DNA of 64,000 nucleotides from Alphaproteobacteria bacterium (GTDB lineage Bacteria; Pseudomonadota; Alphaproteobacteria; MPNO01; UBA830): NCBI GenBank assembly GCA_965243135.1, contig OZ251539.1, positions 4,928,001 to 4,992,000 of the forward strand, read 5' to 3'. Shown piece by piece: positions 9,917 to 18,711 of this stretch (position 1 is its first letter; each line of letters starts with the position of its first letter). The notes under the pieces were generated by a model. It saw only the letters and a program-made list of their open reading frames with translations, ran no database searches and was not told where the DNA came from. The position numbers and the translations under genes were made by a program.

Positions 9917-10104
9917 GCTGCGGGCCGCTTCCCAGCCATCCTGTCAAGATAATCCGCGACCTCCTTGCGAGTGATCTTGCTTTTGCTGCTCAGCGTTCCC
10001 ATGATGAAGGAGATCTTTTGGGCCCGCACTTGCTCCTCCGTCATGTTTTGCCCAGCCTTTTTTAACTCCTCCAGCACCTCGTCTATGTTCGGCCGACTGT
10101 TCAC
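9913..10104 (-). CDS. Small hypothetical protein (63 aa), candidate Fic partner/antitoxin
   Basis: GTG start after AAAGGGGA RBS; helical sequence with AQKISFIMG; codon usage differs from flanking genes (AT-richer islet). Confidence 0.7.
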   Translation of the reverse strand: MNSRPNIDEVLEELKKAGQNMTEEQVRAQKISFIMGTLSSKSKITRKEVADYLDRMAGKRPAA

Positions 10105-10412
10105 TTCTGGAATCCCCTTTCAACTTCCCAGAGTCTGAATCTATCGCGAAACGGGAAAGAAGTCGATACCCACTTCGCTTCAAGAGTCGCACAAAATCAT
10201 AGCCAGCCGGGAAAAGGAGCGCTCCATGCGGTTAACGACCGCCGAGGAAGGAAGCGCCCTGCAGACTGCGACGATCAAAAACCGGCAGGTCGCGAAGGCG
10301 ACCGAATCGCTGCGAGCGCCACCGCCGGCGGGCTTCGGCGGGGATTCGAAGGGGCGTAGGACGCGCCTCTTCGGATGCGCAATCCCGCCCGATCTTCGGA
10401 AAGCGAGCGGAG

Positions 10413-11375
10413 CTACCCGAGCAGCAAGGCGACGTTTCCGGACAGCATGCGTTCGCCCTCGGGTCCGATCGCGCGGATGTCGTCAACGAACTTTTTCACG
10501 ACCCCCGGATCCCTGATTTCCTGGGGATAGTCGCTGCCGAACACGATCCGGTCGGCGGGCAGTTCAATAATGGCGGATCGCACCGATCGCGCATCGCCGC
10601 AGAATCCCGCGGTGTCGAACGCAAGCCGTTCGCGAACGTAGTGATCGAAGCTCTTTTCCGGCAGGCGGCCGTGACGCGGGTCTCCGTCCGTGCCCCAGAA
10701 CCGCTTATCCTGATAGCCGCGAATGCGACCGAGTAAGGACGCGATGCCGCCGCCGAGATGCGCGATATGGACGACCAGATCGGGAAAGCGGTCGAGCGCG
10801 CCGCCGTTGACCAGCCGAATGACCGCCTGGACCAGGGAAAACTCCCGCCCCACGGACCGCGCCAGATCGTATGCGTCGAACTGTTCGGGGTAGGTCAGCC
10901 GCAACGCCGGGTGAATGAAGACGAACATTCCGAGCTTCTGGCATTCCGCCCAGAACGGGTCGAGCACCGGGTCGTCGATCGTGACGCCGTCGAACTCCGT
11001 TGTGATCACCGCGCCGCGAAATCCAAGCTCGTGGCGGCACCTCGCCAGTTCGGCGAACGCCTCGGCACCGCCCAACGGGTGCGCATGGGCGAATCCGGCG
11101 AACCGCCCGGGATAATTCTTCTCGGCCTCGCGCGCGCGGTCGTTTATGAGCCGGCTGCGCTCGAGTTCGGCGCACATGCCGCCGGCGCAGGAAAGCATGG
11201 CGAGATCGATTCCGGCCTCATCCATCATTTCGACATGCGCGTCCAGATCGAACAGCAGCGAATGGAAACTGTAGGACGGAACGCCGTTGGGATCGAAGAA
11301 CGTCCTGGATTCTCCGCCGAAGCCTTCCGGAAACAGTTCCAGCGGCGTGAAATGGTGCTGAAAATCGACGATCAT
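10413..11375 (-). CDS. Amidohydrolase_2 family metal-dependent hydrolase/decarboxylase, ACMSD-like (320 aa)
   Basis: N-terminal IVDFQHH, VFIHP, AHLGG, FDTAG, IVFGSDYP; RBS GGAGGG upstream. Confidence 0.88.
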   Translation of the reverse strand: MIVDFQHHFTPLELFPEGFGGESRTFFDPNGVPSYSFHSLLFDLDAHVEMMDEAGIDLAMLSCAGGMCAELERSRLINDRAREAEKNYPGRFAGFAHAHPLGGAEAFAELARCRHELGFRGAVITTEFDGVTIDDPVLDPFWAECQKLGMFVFIHPALRLTYPEQFDAYDLARSVGREFSLVQAVIRLVNGGALDRFPDLVVHIAHLGGGIASLLGRIRGYQDKRFWGTDGDPRHGRLPEKSFDHYVRERLAFDTAGFCGDARSVRSAIIELPADRIVFGSDYPQEIRDPGVVKKFVDDIRAIGPEGERMLSGNVALLLG

Positions 11376-11412
11376 TCCCCTTCCCTCCGTCTGCGGCGCA
11401 ACCGCGGCCCGC

Positions 11413-12522
11413 TCATACGTGCCGCTCGATCCAGTCGAAGACGAGCGGACCGTGGTGGACCCAGCAATCGTGCGAGCAATGCACCATGCCGCCCTCCGCG
11501 GGATCTTCGAATACGACCAGCCGCTTGTCCGCGGAGCCGATCTCGGAGAACAGTCGCCTGGCACCTTCGACGTTCATCAGCCGGTCGCCGACGCCGTGGG
11601 TCATCAGGGTCGGCGCGGCGATCTTCGACGCGAGCCCTTCCATCGAGAACGCCCTGAGCCGCTCGCGCGCCTCCGCGTCGGAAACGCCGCCGAGCAGGCG
11701 CCGGACGGTGGGCTGCAGGTGTTCGTAGAAGAGGTAGAGATCGTCGAGGATCGAGTAGCAGCCGCACCAGGAAACGAGCGCGCAGATGCGATCCTCGAAG
11801 GCGGCGACCCGCGGCGCGTAGTATCCGCCCATGGAGATTCCCATCAAGCCCACGCGGGCGGGATCGATTTCCGGACGGGCGAAGAGCCAATCCAGACAGG
11901 CCTTGCCAGGCACTTCGTAGTCGGGTCGGGTCGGTATGCCCTTCAGGTACATGGACGATCCGCGACCGGGCGTATCGACGAGCAGCAGCGCGTAGCCGCG
12001 CTCGACCAGCTCGCGGCCCGAGAAATAGATCTCTTCGGCGAAGGCGTCCGCGCCGCCGATAAAGAAAATGGCCGGCCATTTGCCGGGCTTCGGATTGCGC
12101 GGATGGCAGAAATAACCATCGTACTCCTCGTCGCCGCACCGTACCGTAATCGTCTCGATCGGGGGATCGTGCAGCTTCGCCGCCTCCCGGAAACAGGTTT
12201 GGGAATGCGCGAAGCAGGACGCCTTGTCGTCGTTGCGCTCAATGGTGAGAAAGACGTCGGCCATGCGCCAGTACTGATTGGCGGCGAAGAAATACCGCAT
12301 TGCGGTGCGTTCGCTTCCGGCGGCGAGCGCGTTTCGGGCGCGGGCCTCCGTGTCCCCGGCCTTGGCGGTCCATGCGCTTTCCCAGCCCGCCTTGTCGCCC
12401 GGCTCGATGCCGCGGCACACGCGCGCGATCTCGAAGACGTCGCCGCCGCCCTCCCCGGCCTCCGCCACAAGCCTCAACGTCTGGGAGCCGAAAGGCTCCG
12501 TCGGAAAAAAGAAATCGAACAT
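11413..12522 (-). CDS. Alpha/beta hydrolase, FrsA / dihydroxy-pseudooxynicotine hydrolase-like (369 aa)
   Basis: GGAD..AEE, VDTPGRG, nucleophile elbow GISMGG, acid in HGVGD, C-terminal His in GMVHC. Confidence 0.85.
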   Translation of the reverse strand: MFDFFFPTEPFGSQTLRLVAEAGEGGGDVFEIARVCRGIEPGDKAGWESAWTAKAGDTEARARNALAAGSERTAMRYFFAANQYWRMADVFLTIERNDDKASCFAHSQTCFREAAKLHDPPIETITVRCGDEEYDGYFCHPRNPKPGKWPAIFFIGGADAFAEEIYFSGRELVERGYALLLVDTPGRGSSMYLKGIPTRPDYEVPGKACLDWLFARPEIDPARVGLMGISMGGYYAPRVAAFEDRICALVSWCGCYSILDDLYLFYEHLQPTVRRLLGGVSDAEARERLRAFSMEGLASKIAAPTLMTHGVGDRLMNVEGARRLFSEIGSADKRLVVFEDPAEGGMVHCSHDCWVHHGPLVFDWIERHV

Positions 12523-12821
12523 CCCCGCGCTCTCCCCGTTCGCCAAGCAACAGTTATACCCGAACCGGCCGGCCGCCGGGACGCAGCGCGGCCGACGCGG
12601 CGTCGGAGTCCACCGATTTTCCGCGGTGCCGGAAGTCCGTGTCTCATGGCCTCCCCGGAGGAAATCGGAGCAGGCGGCGATACCCCACCCGAACGGTGGA
12701 GCGCAGCTCTCCCGGCCGCAAGCCCGGTGCCCTCCCTTGCGGCCGCGCCGCCGATGGCCAACGATTCCGCAGCTGGCGACGGTTAATTTGGCGAAAACAA
12801 CCGCCGTTTCGAACGATTGCC

Positions 12822-13274
12822 CTAAAGGTCCTGATAATGCGTGAAGTTGAATGCGCTGCCATCTTCCTTTTTCGATGCAGAGATAAAGAGATCAAGGTCG
12901 ACCGTGAGCAACGGCCTTTTTTTCGAAACGACGTCGAGAAGAACGGCATCGGTGAGACCGAGCCTGCTGAATGACCGGCTTTGCATTGCGGTGGCGCTGG
13001 CAACGACAATTTCTTCGCTGCTCTGAACTACTTTTTTGAGCATATTGAGATATCGCTGATCGCTCCTGGATTCGAGAAGATTGGAAGCTTCAGTCAATAT
13101 ATTTGGCGTAACGAAAACCGACTTCAAGGGTTCGATTATTCTCAGCAAGCGATCATAATCCGCCGAGGTGAACATCTTTGTCCGACGATGCTTTCCGACC
13201 TGATTTCGGTCAACGGATCCGACAACGAGAAGCACGAGTAGATTTGTGTCGATAAACGCTTCGGCGGTGCGCAT
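12822..13274 (-). CDS. PIN-domain (VapC-like) putative ribonuclease (150 aa)
   Basis: Acidic residues in IDTNL, TPNILTE, GLTDA and LLTVD; lies in an AT-richer islet. Confidence 0.82.
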   Translation of the reverse strand: MRTAEAFIDTNLLVLLVVGSVDRNQVGKHRRTKMFTSADYDRLLRIIEPLKSVFVTPNILTEASNLLESRSDQRYLNMLKKVVQSSEEIVVASATAMQSRSFSRLGLTDAVLLDVVSKKRPLLTVDLDLFISASKKEDGSAFNFTHYQDL

Positions 13275-13284
13275 CGGTCGGACT

Positions 13285-13581
13285 TCAAATCGTCGGCGGG
13301 CGATTTGTCATGGATATAACCTTGCCGGTTCGGTCGTCGATCTGAACGATCTTGTACGATCGCCTTCTCCACTCGGGAATTTGCCCCTCCGACGCCGCGG
13401 ACAATGCGTCCGCCAAATTTTTTATCTGATCCCACGGCCGGTTAAAGCCGACCGTCATCTTCCAGACAACAGCTTCGCCATCATATACAACCTCTTCAAG
13501 GCCTAAGTTTTCTATGCTTTCTCCCTCGAAAATTTCTACGACGTATTTTTTTGCTGTCTCTACGGCTTCCTTGACGTCCAT
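13285..13581 (-). CDS. Hypothetical protein (98 aa), PepSY-like pattern, partner of the PIN gene
   Basis: MDVKEAVETAKKYV helix, LGLEEV, WKMTVGF, YKIVQIDDRTGKVISM; ends 10 bp before the PIN start; same AT-richer composition. Confidence 0.75.
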   Translation of the reverse strand: MDVKEAVETAKKYVVEIFEGESIENLGLEEVVYDGEAVVWKMTVGFNRPWDQIKNLADALSAASEGQIPEWRRRSYKIVQIDDRTGKVISMTNRPPTI

Positions 13582-13997
13582 TCCGTTCCCCCCAATCAAC
13601 CCTGAATCGCAACGTCGGCAATCTCTGTCGCGAGGGCAATATCGACCCGGGCTGGTCGGCGAGTCAAGGAGCTAGAGCGGTGAGCGCGTTCGCTGCAAGG
13701 AGGCACAGCCCCACCGCAGCGAAAAGGTCCTTTCCCGTCTGGACCGATGCCTGATCTCTGCGGGGAGGGGAGTCAGCGCATCCAAGATGAATAGGCGGCG
13801 GAACGCCATTGAACGAGCCGCCAGCTACGTGGTCCCGAACGAGGTCACCGGCGCGGATTCGCGGCATGAGCGCGTCGCGCGCGCGTTTTCGCGGCGAACC
13901 TCGCCAACCGGCTCGATCCCTCGCCTCGCCGCCGGCCCGTACTGTCCTCGCGACGGAGATTCCCGCTCGCCTGCATCACGCTTAGGGGAGCGCCGAA

Positions 13998-14690
13998 TCA
14001 AACCTCGATATGCGACAGGAGTCGATCGCGACCGATATCCGGCGCGCTGCCCCGAAGAACCGGTCTGCCCTGATCCATGACTAGAAACTCGTCGGCGATC
14101 GCCTCGGCGAGACGCAAGTGCTGCTCCACGACCACGACGCTGCCGCCATTCGCCTTTCGCTCTAGAATGAAGCGTTTCATGCGCTCGATGTTTTCGGACT
14201 GCACCCCTTCGGACGGTTCGTCCAGCAGCGTCGCCGCGCCCTCCTCGGTCATCGCGCGCGCGAAGGACAGGATCTTGCGTTCGCCGCCGCTCAGCGTTCC
14301 GGCGATCTGCGGCAATCGCCTTTCCAGAACGGGAAACGCCTCGAAGTAAGGTTCGCAGCGCTCCAGCGACGACGGCGCCCGCATCAGCGTCAGGTTGTCG
14401 CGCACGGAAAGGCTGTCGAACACCGGACGTTCCTGCATCGCATAGCTCAGGCCCAGCCGCCGCCTGCGGTCCGGCGAAAGGTCGTTGAGAACGACTCCGT
14501 CGAGGAATATCTCGCCCGAACGGCACCTCAGATGTCCGGACAGGATCTTCATAAGCGTGCTCTTGCCGACGCCGTTGCGTCCCAATACGCAGAGGCAACG
14601 GCCGTTCGGAACCTCTCCCGAAATCTCGCGCACGATCGTCATTCCGCCGTATCCGCCGGACACGTTCGCGAACCGCATCCCGGCGCTCAC
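13998..14690 (-). CDS. ABC ATPase, UrtE/LivF-like (230 aa)
   Basis: GTGA overlap with the upstream stop; Walker A GRNGVGKS, signature LSGGE, Walker B LLDEPSEG. Confidence 0.88.
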   Translation of the reverse strand: MSAGMRFANVSGGYGGMTIVREISGEVPNGRCLCVLGRNGVGKSTLMKILSGHLRCRSGEIFLDGVVLNDLSPDRRRRLGLSYAMQERPVFDSLSVRDNLTLMRAPSSLERCEPYFEAFPVLERRLPQIAGTLSGGERKILSFARAMTEEGAATLLDEPSEGVQSENIERMKRFILERKANGGSVVVVEQHLRLAEAIADEFLVMDQGRPVLRGSAPDIGRDRLLSHIEV

Positions 14691-16411
14691 GCGGCCTCGC
14701 CGGAGTAAACGGACCGGACGGCGGCGTCGCGCCGTATCTCGGCGACGGTCCCCTCGGCCAGCAGCCGCCCGTTGTGCAGCACGAACACGCGGTCGGCGAG
14801 CGTCTGCACGAGGGTCATGTCGTGCTCGATGATGAGGGCGGTCGCGCCGAGCGCGCCGGTCGCCCAGCGTATGGCGTCGATGACCTGCCGGGTTTCGGAA
14901 AGCGACAGCCCGGCGCAGGGTTCGTCGAGAAGGATCAACCGCGGTTCGGTGCAGAGCACCATGGCGAGATCCAGCACCTGGCGCTGTCCGTGCGAGAGGT
15001 CGCGAACCGAACGGTCCCGTTCGGCAAGGAACGGGAAGTTCCGCTCGAGCTCCTGCAGAACCGGGCTGGTCCAGTTCAGCGGCGTCAGCCTGACGAGATC
15101 GCTCCAGCCGGTCCTGCCGGTCCAGAGCGCGAGCGCGACGTTCTCGCCGATCGTCAGTTCGTCGAAGACGTTCGGAATCTGGAACTTGCGCCCGAGGCCG
15201 GCCCGCGTCAGGTCGCGCGCGTTCCGGACCGGCATGCCCAGCGTTCGCACGCTCCCGGACTGCGGTTTGGCCTCGCCGGTGACGGCGTCGAACGCGGTGG
15301 TCTTTCCGGCGCCGTTCGGACCGATCAGGCAATAGATGCCGGGCGCGTCGATTCCCAGGCTGAGATCGTCGAGGATCTCGACCGAACCGATTCGCAGGCG
15401 GAGCCCCTCGACCTTCAGCAGTCCCGTCGGCGGCGGCGTCCTGCGCTCCGGCGCGGGCGCGAGCTTCCGGCTGCGGCGTTCGAACCGGCGCCGCAATCCC
15501 GGTTCGAACGCGCCGAGCGCACCCTTCCTGAAATAAAGCACGGACGCGATGAACAGCGCGGCGAGAACCGCCTCCCAGTAGGTTACGGCCTCGCGCAGGC
15601 TCGCGGTCAGCAAGCCCAGCGAGACCGCGCCCAGAACGGGTCCGTAGAGGGTGGCGCGCCCTCCGACCGCGACCCAAACGACGAAGTTCGTCGACAGCAG
15701 GAAACCGAACAGGTCCGGGGTGACCAGATTGTTTTCGGGCGCGTAGAGCATGCCGGCGAGCCCGCCGAGCAAACCGCTGAATCCGAACGCGACGGACTTC
15801 AGGCGATTGTGATCGAACCCGAGAAACGCCACGCGGCGCTCGTCCTGAGCGAGCGCCCTCCAGAGAACGCCGAGCGGCGACGCGATCATCCAGCCCGCGA
15901 AAAGCATCGAGGCCGCGAGGGCGACCGCGGACAGCGCATAGGCGTCTTCGAAACCGTCCATCCCCGGAATGCCGGGGATGCCTCTCAGGCCGTTGTATCC
16001 GCCGGTCACGGAATTCCAGGACGTGGCGACCTGCGAGCCGAGCAGGACCAGCGCCAGGGTGATCAGCGCGAAGTAAGCGCCGTTCCGGGTGCGGCCGTGG
16101 AAGATCATCCTGCCGATTCCGTAGGCGAGCGCGCCCGGAACGACGGCGCTGGCGAACAGCAGCGGATAGATCAGAATGCTGTCGGAAAAGCCGATGAGGG
16201 AGAGTCCGGACAGATAGGCGCCGACGCCGACGAAGAAACCCTGCCCCAGCGAAAGAAGGCCCGCCTGCCCCCAGGAGATCCCGATTCCCAGGCAGGCGAT
16301 CGCGTACAGGAAATAAAGGGCCGTCGCGTAGGCCCAGAAATCCCCGATGACGAACGGCAGGCCGACGAGGACCGCGCCGACGAAAACGCCGTTAGCGCCT
16401 AACCAGGCCAC
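14687..16411 (-). CDS. Fused ABC permease + ATPase (UrtC-UrtD / LivM-LivG type)
   Basis: N-terminal TM domain (AGLLSLGQG, YFALITLA, TGGYNGL, VAVGGRATLYG) followed by GPNGAGKTT, LSHGQRQ, ILLDEP. Confidence 0.88.
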   Translation of the reverse strand: MAWLGANGVFVGAVLVGLPFVIGDFWAYATALYFLYAIACLGIGISWGQAGLLSLGQGFFVGVGAYLSGLSLIGFSDSILIYPLLFASAVVPGALAYGIGRMIFHGRTRNGAYFALITLALVLLGSQVATSWNSVTGGYNGLRGIPGIPGMDGFEDAYALSAVALAASMLFAGWMIASPLGVLWRALAQDERRVAFLGFDHNRLKSVAFGFSGLLGGLAGMLYAPENNLVTPDLFGFLLSTNFVVWVAVGGRATLYGPVLGAVSLGLLTASLREAVTYWEAVLAALFIASVLYFRKGALGAFEPGLRRRFERRSRKLAPAPERRTPPPTGLLKVEGLRLRIGSVEILDDLSLGIDAPGIYCLIGPNGAGKTTAFDAVTGEAKPQSGSVRTLGMPVRNARDLTRAGLGRKFQIPNVFDELTIGENVALALWTGRTGWSDLVRLTPLNWTSPVLQELERNFPFLAERDRSVRDLSHGQRQVLDLAMVLCTEPRLILLDEPCAGLSLSETRQVIDAIRWATGALGATALIIEHDMTLVQTLADRVFVLHNGRLLAEGTVAEIRRDAAVRSVYSGEAA

Positions 16412-17240
16412 TGGGCTTCAGGCACAGGAACAGGAGCGCGGTAAGCAGGACGAACGTGTAGCCGGCGGTTCGGTCGATGGTCGCGGACACGATCGCTTCC
16501 GCGCCGCCGACGACGCCCGATCCCAGGACCAGTCCGAGCATGTTGCCCAGGCCGCCGACGACGAGAACGAAAAACGCCTTGAGCACGTAGTCGATCCCCA
16601 TTCCCGGGTGAACGGCGACGATCGGAGCCAGCAAGACGCCCGCGATGCCGCCGAGGCACAGCCCGGCGACGAACGTGTTCCGGGCGAGCCTGTCCGCCCG
16701 GATGCCGACCGACCTCGCCAGATCGGGGTTATCGACCAGCGCCCGGATTCTGCGTCCGGCGGCGCTCTTCATGAACCACAGCGCCAGTGCGCCGACGAGC
16801 GACGCGGCGGCCAGCATGACGATTAGTTGATACAGCGGGTAATCGGCTCCGAAAACGTCGACCGTGCCGGAGAGGGGTTGCCGCACGCTGCGGAACCCCC
16901 GGCCGTAAAAGGCCTCCACGATCTCCCGCAGCAGGAGGCTCACTCCCCATGTCGCGAGGATCGTGTCGAAGGGGCGCGCGTAGAGCGGCCTGATCGCCCG
17001 TTCCACCGGCCCGCCGACGGCCGCGCAGGCCAGGACGGCGACCGGGAACGCGGCCAGGTACGGCCATCCCTGCTCCTGAACGAAAAAGGCGGAGAAAGCG
17101 CCGATCATGACGAACTCGCCGTGGGCCAGGTTCAGGACGCCGAGGAGGCCCAAGGTTATCGCCAACCCCAAGGTCACCAGCGCCAGGGTGACGACCTCGA
17201 ACGAAACGTTCAACCCGTTGGCGACGAGAACCGCGTCCAT
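16392..17240 (-). CDS. ABC permease, UrtB/LivH-like
   Basis: GLAITLGLLGVLNLAHGEFVMIG, TILATWGVSL, AFFVLVVGGLG, C-terminal KPSGL. Confidence 0.9.
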   Translation of the reverse strand: MDAVLVANGLNVSFEVVTLALVTLGLAITLGLLGVLNLAHGEFVMIGAFSAFFVQEQGWPYLAAFPVAVLACAAVGGPVERAIRPLYARPFDTILATWGVSLLLREIVEAFYGRGFRSVRQPLSGTVDVFGADYPLYQLIVMLAAASLVGALALWFMKSAAGRRIRALVDNPDLARSVGIRADRLARNTFVAGLCLGGIAGVLLAPIVAVHPGMGIDYVLKAFFVLVVGGLGNMLGLVLGSGVVGGAEAIVSATIDRTAGYTFVLLTALLFLCLKPSGLVRR

Positions 17241-17249
17241 TCCGCCAGT

Positions 17250-18455
17250 TCACGCGGAGCAGGTTTCTCCGTGCCCGACGTCGTCGAACGTCCGGACGAT
17301 GCGGAACTGCGCGCCCTCGCACTCCGCGAGATACATGCTCTTCGCGACGTGCCGGTTGATCATGGTGCCGACGCCGGTGGCCGTCTTGTACTGCAGGCCC
17401 TCCGAGGCCTTCATCACGGCCGCGGCGGCGTTGCTTCCCGCCTTGTTGAGCAGCGCGGCGGCGCAGTGAGTGCCCGAGTAGGCGTCGACGCCGATCATCG
17501 AAAGCGGCGGCGCCTCGCTTCCCATCTTCTGCGCGTAGCGCTTCTTGAACGCCGCGTTCTCCGGCGAATCGACGACGGCGAAATACGACATGCAACTGTA
17601 GATCCCGGCGCTGTGCTCGGCACCGATGCCCTGCAGGGTCAGTTCCTCGCAGAGCAGCGAAAGCCGCCTCGTCGACTTGTCCAGCCCGAAACCCGCGAAG
17701 GTCCGGTTGAAATTGACGTTGTCGCCGCCCACGAGCGTGATCAGCACGAGGTCGGGCGCGGCGGCCTTGATCCTGGTGACGGCGTCGTCGAACTTGTTGC
17801 CGGCGCCGAGCGGAGCGTATTCCTCGCCCACCACCTCGCCCCCGAGAGCCGAGATGTACTCCTTGGCGCGCGCGTTGCTCCGCCGGGGCCATACGTAGTC
17901 GTTGCCGATGAGATAGAACTTCCGCAGGCCGAACGTTCCGGCGAGGGCGTTGAGCGACGGCTTGATCTGCTGCTGCGGCGTGTCGGCGGTGACGTAGGTG
18001 TTGTACGCGCATTCGCCGCCTTCGTAGAGAGGCGTGTAGACGTAGGGAACCTTCCCTTTCAGCGCTCCCACGATGGCCTGCCGCACCGCGCTGTCGTGAG
18101 AGCCGACGATCAGGTCGACCTTGTCTTTCAGGAGCATCCGCACCGCCGACTTGGCCGCTTCGGCGGGCGGCGCGCCGCCGTCGCCGGATACGATTTCGAC
18201 CTTTCGGCCGAATATGCCGCCCGCGGCGTTGACTTCGTCGACGGCGAGGGCGTTGCAGGCCGTCTGCGTCGGGCCGAACAGAGAGGCCGGGCCCGACAGG
18301 GAGAAAAACGTTCCCATTCGGACCGGTTCCGCAGCTCCGGCGGTTCCGCCGGGGAGGGCCAACATCGATGCGCTGCCTGCGAGGCCCGCAAGGATCTCTC
18401 TGCGCGTGGCGTTTCCGGTTCTCCTGCGCGTGGCGTTTCCGGTTCTCCTGCTCAT
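17250..18455 (-). CDS. Tat-exported substrate-binding protein, UrtA/AmiC (amide/urea/branched-chain) family (401 aa)
   Basis: Twin-arginine signal TRREIL plus hydrophobic stretch; SLSGPASLFG, EVNAAGGIFGR, YTPLYEGGE, GNDYVWPR. Confidence 0.88.
   Translation of the reverse strand: MSRRTGNATRRRTGNATRREILAGLAGSASMLALPGGTAGAAEPVRMGTFFSLSGPASLFGPTQTACNALAVDEVNAAGGIFGRKVEIVSGDGGAPPAEAAKSAVRMLLKDKVDLIVGSHDSAVRQAIVGALKGKVPYVYTPLYEGGECAYNTYVTADTPQQQIKPSLNALAGTFGLRKFYLIGNDYVWPRRSNARAKEYISALGGEVVGEEYAPLGAGNKFDDAVTRIKAAAPDLVLITLVGGDNVNFNRTFAGFGLDKSTRRLSLLCEELTLQGIGAEHSAGIYSCMSYFAVVDSPENAAFKKRYAQKMGSEAPPLSMIGVDAYSGTHCAAALLNKAGSNAAAAVMKASEGLQYKTATGVGTMINRHVAKSMYLAECEGAQFRIVRTFDDVGHGETCSA
18400..18451. repeat. 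Perfect 24-bp tandem duplication in the signal-peptide coding region
   Basis: ctgcgcgtggcgtttccggttctc at 18400-18423 and 18424-18447, then a partial ctgc; gives MS-RRTGNATR-RRTGNATR-REIL. Confidence 0.95.
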
Positions 18456-18711
18456 GGCGTCCTCCTCGGCGCGCGTTCGACGCTTCCCGCGTCCATAGTC
18501 GAATTCTTCGGCGCCGAGCGATCGCCTGTCAAGACCGGGCGGCGCAGGAGACGTCCGCCCGGTCAATGGCTCCGCCGCCGACCGCGGCCGGCTTGATTCT
18601 CAAGTCGCCCCGGCCTACGATCCGCAGCCATCGGTTTTCCGCCGCGCATTTTTGCGTTCGCGCGGGCGTCGTCGGCACGATCCGTTGCAGCGCGGTTTCC
18701 AGAAAGGAAAA

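Noticed and set aside
12700-13800. Integron cassette (attC) origin for the PIN islet
   Set aside because: No RYYYAAC...GTTRRRY boundaries and no integrase seen.
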